A DNA stretch of 64,000 nucleotides from Mobula hypostoma (lineage: Eukaryota): assembly GCF_963921235.1 (NCBI RefSeq), contig NC_086109.1:2418001-2482000 (forward strand), read 5' to 3'. A program made the translations under genes and the position numbers. The notes beneath the pieces are model-generated. The model did no database searches, was not told where the DNA came from, and saw only the letters and a program-made list of their open reading frames with translations. Shown here piece after piece: positions 49,930-62,364 of the stretch (the first letter of the stretch is position 1; the number at the start of each line of letters is the position of its first letter).

Positions 49930-50480
49930 AATTAAAGTAAAACCAATTTGCTTTGGTATGGAATGGAACAGGCTTTGAATGGAAAATCCTACAAAAGGTA
50001 ATGGACTCAAACCAGTACATCGTGAGTAAAGCCCTCCCAGATATTGAGTACACCTACATGAAACACTGTCGTAGGAAAGCAGCATCCATCCTCAGAGATC
50101 CCCACCACCCAGATCATGCTCTCCTGTTGCTGCTGTCATCAGGCAGAATGGCATACGAGCCTCAGAACCCAGATCACTCGGAACAGTTACTACCCTCAAC
50201 CATCAGGCTGTTGAGTAAAAGGGGATAACTACACTCACGCCCCATCATTGAAATGTTCCTACAACCAATAATCTAACTTCAATGACTCTTTATCTCATTA
50301 CCACATGCTCTCGTTAATAATTGCTATTTATTTATATTTGCATTTGCACAGTCAGTTGCCTTCTGCACTCTGGTTGATCTTCCACTGAGCCTGTTATATT
50401 TACTATTCTACAGATTTGCTGAGAAGATGAATTTCAAGTCTGTGTATGGTGACATACATGTACTTTGATAATAAAATTTA
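49930..50480 (+). mobile_element. Rex1/Babar-type LINE 3' end
   Basis: LPDIEYTYMKHCRRKAASILRDPHHPDHALL..LSSGR. Related 3' fragments at ~51800-52325, 57330-57560 and 59960-60270 (minus). Confidence 0.7.
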
Positions 50481-52329
50481 CTTTAAACTGTTAAACAGAG
50501 TCTCCAAAGTTTGACTGTGAGAAGCTGCTTGAAGGTAAAGAGACATCAGACGTGTGAGAGGTACTTAAAATTCAGGTGGCCAGCATGTTCCTATTAGATT
50601 GAAAGGCAAGGTGGCAGGGGGGTCAGGGAAAACTGGTCCATGAGGGATATTAAGGTCAAGTACAAGAATATAACTGGGATCAAAGGAATTACTTGAGTAT
50701 AATAGATGCAGGGATACACAAGAGAGAAATCAAAAGAGCAAAACAATACAGCATGTCTGAAAAGGTAAAGGAGAACTTTCAAGAGAATCTGTAAGTATAT
50801 TCAGAGTAAAGAGGTAACTAGGGAGATAACAGAGCACCTTAAGGTTCAATACATGAACCTTGGGAAATGGGTGGTGTCTTAAATTAATATTTCCTTTGAA
50901 CTTTACCATGGTGAAGGTCATGGAAAGTAGGGAATACGGGAAAAAAATTGTGATGTTTAGGAACATTGTCACATGACAAAATAGGTGGTGCTGGCAGTCT
51001 TAAATTTCATGAAATTCCTGAAGGCAATCAAGTGCATCGTCAGATACTGTTGGGAAGTTTGAAAAAATTACTGGAGTGCTGGAAGTGATATTTATACCAT
51101 CGGTAGCCGTAGATGAGATACTGAAAGACTGGAGAGTGTTATTGCCTTTATTTAAGAAAGGCTACAAGGAAAAGCCAGGGACTGAGGTGGTGAGCCGAAC
51201 ATTGGTGGGAAAATTATTGGAGAGGACTCTGAGACATAGGGATCTACCTACATTTGGAAAGGCAAATACTGATGAGGGATGATTTAGTATAGTTACGTGC
51301 ATGCAATATTGTGTCTCACAGATGTGATTGAGCTTTTTGAAGAGGCGACTGAGAGGCAGAATGGAAGGCATTGTTGACATGGATATTAGGAAGACATTTG
51401 ACAAAGTCCTGTGTGGTAAATTAATCTGGAACCTTGCAACACATTGGCTCAAGAGATTCTGCAGATGCTGGCATTCTTGAATGAAGAACACGTACAAAAT
51501 ACTGGCAGAACTCAGCAGGTCAGGCAGCATCCATGGAGGGGAATAAACAGTCAAAATTTCAGACCGAGAACCTTCAGCAAGGCTGGAAAGGAAGGAGCTA
51601 GAAGCCACAATAAGAAGGTGGGGGAGGTGAAGGATCACAAGCTGGTAGCTGATGGAGAAGTCTCGGTGAGAGGGAAGGTGGGTGGGTGGGGGAGGAGAGA
51701 TGAAGTTAGAAGCTGCGAGATGTTAGGTCAGAAGAAGGAATTTAAGAAGAGAGATCTCAGAAGATCTATCCTGGTCCCAACATATTGATACAATTACAAA
51801 GAGGGCACACCAGTGCATATATTTCATTAGGAGTTTGATACATCACCAAAGACCCTAGCAAGTGTTTACAGATGTGCCATGGTGAGCATTCTAACTGGCT
51901 GCATCACTGTCTGATATGGAAGGGCCACAGTACAGGATTGGAGAAGCTGCTGAAAGTTGCAAACTTAGCCAGCTCCAGCATGGACACTAGCCTAAGCACT
52001 ACTGAGGACACCTTCCAAAAGCAATGCCCAAGACATGACCTCTTCTCATTGCCTCCGGCAGAGAGAAGGTACAGGATTCTGAAGACACACACTTAACATT
52101 TTACGAATAGCTTCTTCCCCTCTGTCATCAGTTTTCTGAACAGAAAGTGAAGGCACAAACACAATTCACTATTATACTCTCCTTTTTGTACAATTTATTT
52201 CATTTTTACACATATTTCTTCTGAAAATTCACTGTATATTTTATGTATTGCACTGTACTGCTGCCACAAAACAACAAATTACATTATTTATGTCTGTGAT
52301 AATAAACCTAATGCTGATTCTGAGAATAC

Positions 52330-53300
52330 CAGCCACAGAAGAATGGAGAGATGTCTGGGAACCAATGGGAGATGATGGGCAGGAGAGGAGAAGAGACGGG
52401 GTGCGAGGGTAACCGGAATGGGGAATGGAAAAAGAAAAGGGGATGAAGAGTTTAATTATGGACAGTTAGAGAAAGCGATGTTCATGCCATCAGGTTGAAA
52501 GCTATCCAACCTGAGTTTGGCCTCATTGTGGAGTACAGGAAGCTACAGACAGAATGAGAACGGGAAGTCAAATTGTAATGGGTGATCTTGCATCTTGCAG
52601 CAAACAGAGAAAATCTGCTTGATGAAGCAGTCCCCCAGTCAGCGTGGGATCTTACTGATGTAGAGGAGACCGTAATGGGAGAACCACACACAATAGGTGA
52701 CCGCAAACTATTTGCAGATGAACCGTTGTCCCATCAGGAAGGACTATTTAGGGCCCTGAAATGTGGTGAGGGAGGAGATGTAGAGGCAAGTGTACACTTG
52801 TCCCACTGACAGGATTAAGTGCCAGGAGGGGAATCATTGGAGAGAGACAAGTGGACAAGGAAGTCAGGCAGAGAGTGATCCTTAAGGAAAGTGAAGAGTG
52901 GGGGTGAAGGAAAGATTTGCTGCATGGTATGATCCTGTTGTAGATGGGAGAAGTTCTGGAGAATAATGTGCTGGATACAGAGGATTGTGCATGATAGGTA
53001 AGGACAAGAGGAACACTATCCCTGTTATGACAATGGGATGATCATGTGAGAAACTGAGGAGATGCAGGTGCAAGCAGCGTCAATGACTGTGGAAGGGAAA
53101 CACAATTCTTTGTAGGACATCTCAGCTGTTCCAGAATGCAAAGCCTCCTCCTGAGAACAGGTGCAGTGGCGGCAGAGGAACTGAGAGAAGGAAATTGTGT
53201 TTTTATAAGGTAGGTCTGGGAAGAGGAATAGTCAAGACAACTGAAAGTTAGTAGGCTTGTAAAAGATACCTATCTCGAGAGATGGAACAGAGCGATTGAG
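52330..53300 (-). mobile_element. Old Penelope fragment (RT thumb and endonuclease remnants)
   Basis: Colinear similarity to 54860-55290 and 1480-2310, heavily mutated. A plus-strand pLTR tail with a degenerate hammerhead follows at 53450-53540. Confidence 0.6.
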
Positions 53301-54604
53301 AAAGGGGACTGAGATGTCAGAGGTGGGTCAGCTTCTTTTTTCATCCCCCCTCCATCCTCCCCCTCACCTGTTCTCACCGATTACCTGCCAGGTTATGTTC
53401 CTTCTCCTCTGCCGCAACCTTGTTATTCTGGCTCTTCCCACTTCCTTTCCAGTCCTGATGAATGGTTTCCGTTTGAAACACCAACTGTTTATTCCCCTCA
53501 TTTGCTGCTGCCTGCCTTGCTGAGTTTCTCCAGCATTTTATATGGTTTGTCATTAGATCATATGAGATCCAGCGTGAGCTCGCCACTTCGTTACGAAGTT
53601 AGCACATTGGAAGGAGTCAGTGGGTGTTCGTGGGGGGTTGTTATTTAGACTGGAGGCCAGTTACCTCTGGTGTGTTGCAGGGATCAGTACTGGATCTTTT
53701 ATTGTTCATCACATATATCAATTACTTATGGAGTTTGGAAAGTTTGTGGATGACATTAAAATTGGTCGGATAGTGGACAGTGAAGAAGATTACCAGATCG
53801 AAATCAACTGAGTGAGTGGACCAAATCTGAACAAATGCAAAGGGTTGCAGTTTGGTAACTTCAGCCAGGGCAGGAATTAAAGAGTAAATGAGACGGCCCG
53901 AGGGATTGTTCTAGAACAGACAGATCTAGGGATACCAGTACACAGTTCGCTGAAAGTGATGACACACATAGACAGGATGACAAAGAATGTGTTTGGCAAA
54001 CCTCTGAGCTGCGTACGCAGGGCCATTAATATTATGAAATATCCCACCCGTACATCCAGCATCCTCTTTGACTTTACACCATTAGGCAGGAACCTCTGGT
54101 GCATAAAGACAAGAACAGTCAGAATGGGGATACAGCTTCTGAACTTCCTGCCACATCACATCTGAAGTTTCACTAGTTAATTTGTTCTGTACCTTACAAT
54201 ACTTAATGTATGCCCTTACTTTGTTTATTTATGCTTAATTCATTTGTAGATTCAATTCTTATTTTCCAAGGTTATTGTGTATTATATGCGTGTTATTTGT
54301 ACTTTTATGCTCCAGAGAAACATTGTCTTGTTTGACGGTATCCATGTATAAAGTTAAATGACAATAAACTCAACTTGACTCGACACTTGCTTTCATTAGT
54401 AAAAAACTTGGGACAAACGAGTGCTACAAAGCTGGCCAACTTTCCAGTTTAATGACATTTCTGACATTACTCAAAGTATTGTGCCACAAGCTAAATATCA
54501 TTAAACAGACAACAGGAATTCTGCAGATGCTGGAAATTCAAGCAACACACATCAAAGTTGCTGGTGAACGCAGCAGGCCAGGCAGCATCTCTAGGAAGAG
54601 GTAT

Positions 54605-54640
54605 AGTCGACGTTTCAGGCCGAGACCCTTCGTCAGGACT
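54605..54640 (-). ncRNA. Minimal type I hammerhead ribozyme motif in the PLE pLTR
   Basis: AGTC CTGACGA A GGGT-CTCG-GCCT GAAAC GTC^GACT. Conserved core, stem I AGTC/GACT, stem II hairpin, and a palindromic ACGT in place of stem III. Confidence 0.75.
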
Positions 54641-56622
54641 AACTGAAGGAAGAGTTAGTAAGAGATTTGAAAGTGGAATGTGGAGGGGGAGATCCAAAAT
54701 GATAGGAGAAGACAGGAGGGGGAGGGATGGAGCCAAGAGCCGGACAGGTCATTGGCAAAGGGGATATGAGAGGATCATGGGACAGGAGGTCCAGGGACAA
54801 AGACAAGCGGGGGGGGGTGAACCCAGAGGATGGGCAAGAGGTATAGTCAGAGGGACAGAGGGAGAAAAAGGAGAGTGAGAGAAAGAATGTGTGTATATAA
54901 ATAAATAACGGATGGGGTACGAGGGGGAGGTGGGGCATTAGCGGAAGTTAGAGAAGTCGATGTTCATGCCATCAGGTTGGAGGCTACCCAGATGGAATAT
55001 AAGGTGTTGTTCCTCCAACCTGAGTGTGGCTTCATCTTTACAGTAGAGGAGGCCGTGGATAGACATGTCAGAATGGGAATGGGATGTGGAATTAAAATGT
55101 GTGGCCACTGGGAGATCCTGCTTTCTCTGGCGGACAGAGCGTAGGTGTTCAGCAAAACGGTCTCCCAGTCTGCATCGCATCTTGCCAATATATAGAAGGC
55201 CACATTGAGAGCAGCAGATGCAGTATATCACCCCAGCCGACTCACAGGTGAAGTGTGACCTCACCTAGAAGGACTGTCTGGGGCCCTGAAAAAAAAACCC
55301 TTGTCCCACACCCCTCCCACAGCTCTCGTTGACTTTATTAACTTTGCCTCCAACTTTCACCCTGCCCTCAAGTTTACCTGGTCCATTTCCGACACCTCCC
55401 TCCCCTTTCTAGATCTTTCTGTCTCTATCTCTGGAGACAGCTTATCCACTGATGTCTACTATAAGCCTACTGACCCTCACAGCTATCTGGACTATTCCTC
55501 TTCTCACCCTGTCACTTGCAAAAATGCCATCCCCTTCTCGCAATTCCTCCGTCTCCGCCGCATCTGCTCTCAGGATGAGGCTTTTCATTCCAGGACGAGG
55601 GAGATGTCCTCCATTTTTAAAGAAAGGGGCTTCCCTTCCTCCACTATCAACTCTGCTTTCAAACACATCTCCCCTATTTCACACACATCTGCTCTCACTC
55701 CATCCTCCCGCCACCCCACTAGGAATAGGGTTCCCCTGGTCCTCACCTACCACCCCACCAGCCTCCGGGTCCAACATATTATTCTCCGTAACTTCCGCCA
55801 CCTCCAGCGGGATCCCACCACTAAGCACATCTTTCCCTCCCCTCCCTCTCTGCTTTCCGCAGGGATCGCACCCTACGCGACTTCCTTGTCCATTCATCCC
55901 CCTCATCTCTCCCCACTGATCTCCCTCCTGGCACTTATCCTTGGAAGTGGAACAAGTGCTACACAGGCCCTTACACTTCTTCCCTCACCACCATTCAGGG
56001 CCCCAGACAGTCCTTCCAGCTGAGGTGACACTTCACCTGTGAGTCGGCTGGGGTGATATACTGCGTCCAGTGCTCCTGATGTGGCCTTCTATATATTGGC
56101 GAGACCGGACGCAGACTGGGAGATCGTTTTGCAGAACACCTACGCTCTGTCCGCCAGAGAAAGCAGGATCTCCCAATGGCCACACATTTTAATTCCACAT
56201 CCCATTCCCATTCTGATATGTCTATCCACGGCCTCCTCTACCGTAAAGATGAAGCCACACTCAGGTTGGAGGAACAACACCTTATATTCCATCTGGGTAG
56301 CCTCCAACATGATGGCATGAACATTGGCTTCTCTAACTTCCGCTAATGCCCCTCCTCCCCCTCGTACCCCATCCGTTATTTATATATATACACACATTCT
56401 TTCTCTCTCTGTCCCTCTGACTATACCCCTTGCCCATCCTCTGGGTTCCCCCCCGCCCGTCTTTCTCTCCGGACCTCCTGTCCCATGATCCTCTCATATC
56501 CCCTTTGCCAATCACCTGTCCAGCTCTTGGCTCCATCCCTCCCCCTCCTGTCTTCTCCTATCATTTTGGATCTCCCCCTCCCCCTCCCACTTTCAAATCT
56601 CTTACTAACTCTTCCTTCAGTT

Positions 56623-56658
56623 AGTCCTGATGATGGGTCTCGGCCTGAAACGTCGACT
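56623..56658 (+). ncRNA. Minimal type I hammerhead ribozyme motif in the PLE pLTR
   Basis: AGTC CTGATGA T GGGT-CTCG-GCCT GAAAC GTC^GACT. Same architecture as 54605-54640. Confidence 0.72.
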
Positions 56659-58359
56659 GTACCTCTTCCTAGAGATGCTGCCTGGCCTGCTGCGTTCACC
56701 AGCAACTTTGATGTGTGTTGCTATCATTAAACCAGAAAGGTTTCAGAAAAATATCCACAAGGATATTACCGGGACTGGAGGCTTTGAGTTTGAAGGAAAA
56801 ACTGAATAGGTGAGAGCTTTTTTTCCTTGATTGATCTGAGCAAATTGGGACAAAGGACCTATTTCTCTGTTGTAAACCTTTGACTGTAATCATGCTGCAG
56901 CTGTATTTCTCTCTGATTCTGGGTCAGATGTCCTGGGCAAGAAGGAGAATATGGCCTGTAAATGTCAGTTTCGCCATTATAAAGTCAGCAGGGCTGTAAA
57001 CTGCCCAGTGCAGGAGCAACAGATGTTATTTTCCCTTGAGACATGTCTCTAAGGTTAGGTGTGTGGGTGATATGTGAGCACTAGGGAAAGTCATTCCTCT
57101 CTGCCAATCAACCTGATTCTAGCTGGACTTTCAGACCCAGGATCCTGTGGCCACCTATTGACCTGACTCCAGAGACAGGGGGATCTGGTCTTGTTGCCAC
57201 TGGTGGGACTTGATTCTCTAGAGAATCTCAGAAGGAATTCCTCCACCACTTATCCTCCTGATGGGACTGTGATGGATCTGGGTCAGTTGGAGCATCTGAT
57301 CTGCCACACAGTGTGTGACGTGATCAGAAGGAGAATGCACCAGTGTGTTTACTTTCATAGACACTGTCACCAAATTCTCAAGCAAACTTCTTCCCACTAT
57401 TGGTAGTATTGACATGAGGCACTGCATCAAGAAAGCAACATCCTTCATCAGAGATTCTCACCATCCGGGCAATGCCATCTTATCACCATTACAGGAGCCT
57501 GATGTCCCACTCCACCAGGTTCCAAAACAGCTACTTCCCTTCAGTCATTCAGTTCTTGAACCAACCATCACAATGCTAATGACTACTATTTGGAAACACT
57601 AGAGTCATAGTCATAGAGAAGTACAGCACAGAGTCCCTTTGGCCCATCTAATCCATGCCGAAACTGTTTAAACTGCCTTCTCCCATAAATCTCCACCAGG
57701 ATCAAAGCTTTCCATACCCCAAACATCCATGTACATATCCAGACTTCTCTTGAATGTTGAAATCCAGCTTGCATGCACCATTTTTGCTGGCAGCTCATCC
57801 CCCTCTCACGACCATCTGAATGAAGAAGATTCCCCTTATGTTCCTCTTAAACTTTTCACCTTTCCCCCTTAACCCATGACCTCTGGGTGTAGTCCCACCC
57901 AACCTCAGCAGACAAAGCCTGCTTGCATTTACCCTATTTATTCCCCTCATAATTTTGAATACCTCTATCAGATCTCCTCTTAATTTTCTAAGTGACCAGA
58001 TTGATCACTTTCCACGAAAATACACTTTGATATTTTTTGTCCTAATTGTATTCCTTTTGGTAAAAATTGTGCTGACATTTTTCCTGTGAATGCTGCTTAT
58101 ATGATTTGACATGCCTGTGGCTGATCATTGCCCTTGTGCACATGACAATGAACTCATCCTGGACTTTGACAGATCAGCTGTCAATGGTGTTAGACTAGAA
58201 GAAAATGGGGAATCAGTCTGGAGCGAGAGGAAGACTGTGGAGTCCAACACCAGTCACGAAGGGGGTGCCTTCCTATTACACAATTTCTCAGGCGAGAGAG
58301 AGAGGACCTGAGCTTCCTGAATGGCCAGCGCCTCTGTGCGAGTTTAAGGGCTTGCTGCT

Positions 58360-58743
58360 CGCTCGTGATAAGCTAACGCTCAGAGGGACGGTGTTTACTC
58401 GTACACTGCATCAAATGGTGACAGGAAGTGCAATGAGGCAAAAAAAACACATGCAATGCAGAAAATAGCTTTGACTTCTGGATTTCCTGAGAGAGAGAGG
58501 GGTGGGGCGAGAAAAGAAACTGATCTGAGGAGAGACAGACAGCAATAATTGAAACAAACAAGTTAAGAGGGGACTGAAATAGGAAGAGAGAGGAAGGAAA
58601 AGAGAAATCTAACCAGCTCCCTGGGAGTGTGCATTGAGACAGCGTATAGAGAACTTCACTTTCTGTTCAGTTCCTACTGTCCCTCCTCTGGGAGCCTCGG
58701 ATGAGAACTGTGGAAATAACAGAGGCCTTGGACAGAAGTAAGT
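58360..58743 (+). promoter_or_regulatory. Candidate promoter and first exon of an unidentified plus-strand gene
   Basis: Non-repetitive island with TGATAAG (58366), ACAGGAAGTG (58421), GGGGCG (58504) and IRF/ETS-like motifs (58653-58674). ATG at 58701 and a consensus donor AA|GTAAGT at 58737/58738. Confidence 0.3.
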
Positions 58744-60959
58744 GAAAAACACAAGTCTTTTTGATTAAACTCACGCTCTGAGATGGACAGTGTCAGCCCG
58801 AGGGAGATGAGAAACCACCCGAAGGCCATATCTCTCCAGCAACTGCCGTGTTCGATAGGACTGGCTTCTGCTTGCAGCCGGTTGTTGGTTGTGACCCGTC
58901 TGAGAACGTGTGTAGGCGTTGTGAGCACATTCAGGAAGCCACAACTTCACGTCAGCATGGAGGCTGTGACAGTGGGTGCATGTCAGTGACTGATCACTTC
59001 CGCAAGACATGGAGATTTACAGCGATTATGTTTGATATCATTAATAGTAACCCCTCATTTCAAATAGATGACAGAAAGCCACGGAGCGACATGCCAGATA
59101 ATATGGCAAAGATATTTTTAATGACGTCCTATGAAGGAAGCTTGAAGGCAATTGGGCAAAGTCAAAAGGAAATCGGGTTTGACCAACTTACTGAAGTTCT
59201 TGAAAGAAGTGACATGCGTTTTGGATAAAGGGGAATGGGAAAGACTATAACTTTGATTTCTGGAAGCCAAGTGATAAAGTGCTGAAATGAAAGTGTTTGC
59301 AGAAACTATAGGCCTGTGGTATTGGAAACAACGAGTTGGTGTGAGTAGAAGATAGGCTGGATAATAGGGAACAATATGGCCATAAAGTTCAAAGTCCAAA
59401 GATGAGTTTATTGTCATGTGTGCAAGTACATGTTTGCAAATTAAAACTTACTTTCAGCGTAATCTCAGACACGAAGCACCCTATAAGCAGCATTTACAAA
59501 ACAAAGCATAATTATCCATAAACATGAGAAAATCTGCAGATGCTGGAAATCCAAAGCAACGCACACAAAATGCAGCAGGAACTGGCAGGTCAGGCAGCAG
59601 CCATGGGAAAGAGTAAACAGTCGTGTTTTTGGGCAAAGACCGAATGGAGAGTCTCAGACTGAAATGTCAAATGTTGTGGAGATTAAGGTGTTTTCCAACT
59701 GCTTCAAGAACCAAATGTTTGAGGAAAAGTAGCTGTTCTTGTTCACCTATATACTTACTGTAATACTGTTTTTTTTCTCTATATTTATTTATCATGTATT
59801 TCATTGTATTGCTGGCATAAAGTTAACAAATTTCATGACATATCCGGTGATATTAAACCTGATTCTGATTGAACTTGACCATGTAGGACTCTAAAGTTCT
59901 GTACCAACTGCCCAAAGATAGCTGCAAAAAGCTGGCTTGGCTGAGATATTGGGGATCTTTGATGACGGACGCTGCCTTCTTGAGGCAATCTTGCCTTCTT
60001 GGCAGGGAGGGATGTGCCTTTGCTGTGTTAGACAGATCCCATTACTTTATGCACCTTCTTACAAGACAATTATGTAATCAGGATACTTTCAACTGTAATT
60101 GCTTGTCAGAGTGTTCAGTGACAAGCCAAACTTTATGTAGGTGGCACACTTTCCTTCTACAGTGTTTGCATCCATGCACGGGGCCCGAAACAGATCATCC
60201 AGCATATTTATGCACAGGAATTAATAAAACTGCTGATTCTCTCCAACGCCATTCATCAATGTAGACTGATGAATGTTCATCCTCCTTCTCTTCCTGAGTC
60301 AGGTCTGCAGATTTGCTGGTGAGCCATAAGACATACAGGAGCGGAGTTATACCATTCAGCCAATCGAGTCTGCTATGCCATTCAGTCATGGCTGATTCAC
60401 CTTTCCTCTCACTGCCTTTCTTCTGCCTTCTCCCCGTTACCTTTGGAGTCCTGACTAATCAAGAACCTATGAACCTCCATTTTAAATACACAGTGACATT
60501 GCCTCTGCAGATCATTGTGGCAATGAGTTCTGCAGATTCACACCCTAAGGCAAAATAAATCCTCCCTCATCTCTGTTACACAGGGATGTTCTTGTATTCT
60601 AAGTTAGTACCCCACTGGTCCTGTACTACCCCACTACTGGAAACATCCTTTCCATGTCCGATCTATATTCAATATTTTCATTATTCAATAATTTTCAATG
60701 AGATGCCCCAATATTCTTCTTCAACTCCACTGAGTATAAGCCCAAGCTATTAAAAGCTCCTCATACATTAACCCTTTCATTTTCAGCATCATTCTCATGA
60801 AAGTCTTGCTGGACCGTCTCTAATGCCAAAACATCTGTCCTGAGATAAGGAACATAAACTGCTCACAATACTCTGTGCATTCTGACCAACGATGATAAAG
60901 CCTTGGCATTATATCCTTGTTTTCATATTCTAGTCCTCTGAAAAAGGTTGCAAACATTG

Positions 60960-62364
60960 CATTTGACATCTGTGGACACAGGAAAGAAACAAGGTTGGTC
61001 GTTTGCCTCCTAGCTGCCAAGGTCCGGGAGTTTCTGATTGTGACCACCATATCCTGAAGTGGGAGGGAGAACAGACAGAGATCGTGGTACATATTGGTAC
61101 CAATAACATAGGCAGGAAGAGGGAGGAGGTCCTGAAAACAGACTACAGGGAGTTAGGAAGGAAGTTGAGAAGCAGGACCTCAAAGGTAGTAATCTCAGGA
61201 TTACCGCCTTTGCTGTGTGACAGTGAGGATAGGAATAGAATGAGGTGGAGGATAAATGCGTGGCTGAGGGATTGGAGCAGGGGACAGGGAGTCAGATTTC
61301 TGGATCACTGTGACCTCTTTTGGGGCAGGTGTGACCTGTACAAAAAGGACAGGTTGCACTTGATTCCAATGGGGACCAATATCCTGGCAGGGAGGTTTGC
61401 TAAGGCAGTTGGGGAGAGTTTAAACTAGAATTGCTGGTGGGTGGGAACTGAACTGAATAGACAGGGGAAGGGGCCGTTGGCTCACAAATAGAGAAAGCTT
61501 GTAGGCGGTGTAAGAGGGAGGATAGGCAGGTGATAGAGAAGGTATGCGCACAGACCGATGGTTTGAGATGTGTCTATTTTCATGCAAGGAGTATTATGAA
61601 CAAAGCGGATGAGCTGAAAGAGTGGATCAGTACTTGGATCTATGATGCTGTGGCCATTACAGAGACTTGGATGGCTTAGTCAGGAATGGTTCCTCAGAGT
61701 GCCAGGCTTCAGATGATTCAGAAAGGTGAAGGAGGGAGGCAAAAGAGGTGAGGACAGGGCACTGCTGATGAGAGATCGTGTCACGGCTGCAGAAAAGGAG
61801 GAAGACATGGAGAGATTGTCTACTGAGTCTCTGTGGGTGAGGTTAGGAACAGGAAGGGGTCAATAACTCTACTGGGTGTTTTTTATCAACCACTTATTCG
61901 TAACAGGGCATCCAGGCGCAGATAGGGAGACAGATTCTGGAAAGGTGTAATAATAACAGGGTTGTAATGGTGAGAGATTTTAATTTCCCAACTATTGATT
62001 TGCATATCCCTTGAGCAAGGGGTTCAGATGGGGTGGAGTTTGTTAGGTATGTTCTGGAAGGTTTCTTGACACAATATGTAGATAAGCCCACAAGAAGAGA
62101 GGCTGTACTTGATCTCATATTGGGAAATGAACCAGGTCAGGTGTCAGATCTCTCAGTGGGAGAGCATTTTGGAGATAGTGATCACAATTCTATCTAATTT
62201 ATGATAGCATTGGAGAAGGATAGGAACAGACGAGTTAGGAAAGCGTTGAATTGCAGTAAGGGAAAATATGAGGCTATCAGGCAGGAACTTGGAAGCGTAA
62301 ATAGGGAACAGATGTTCTCAGGGAAATGTACGGTAGAAATGTGGCAAATGTTCAGGAGATATTT
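60960..62364 (+). mobile_element. CR1 fragment: ORF1 SGNH esterase domain and degraded APE region
   Basis: ORF 61003-61428 (VVHIGTNNIG..DRLHL..GTNILAGRF), then YFHARSIMNK, ILGNEPGQVSDLSVGEHFGDSDH. Confidence 0.88.

Larger units (their letters stand above)
54507..56722 (+). mobile_element. Penelope-like element insertion with an inverted copy of its own 3' end and a 10-11-bp TSD
   Basis: The plus copy 55298-56722 has the RT thumb (ORF 55301-56023), GIY-YIG and pLTR. The inverted copy 54507-55288 has GIY-YIG ORF 54938-55264. TSD (T)ATCATTAAAC at 54496-54506 and 56722-56732. A-run at the junction (55289-55297). Confidence 0.92.

Noticed and set aside
57305-57335. CACAGTG heptamer within CACACAGTGTGTG
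   Set aside because: No nonamer follows and there are no V/D/J segments nearby.
58848-59228. 126-aa Cys-containing ORF
   Set aside because: No recognisable domain or splice signals. It lies just after a strong donor and is likely intronic.
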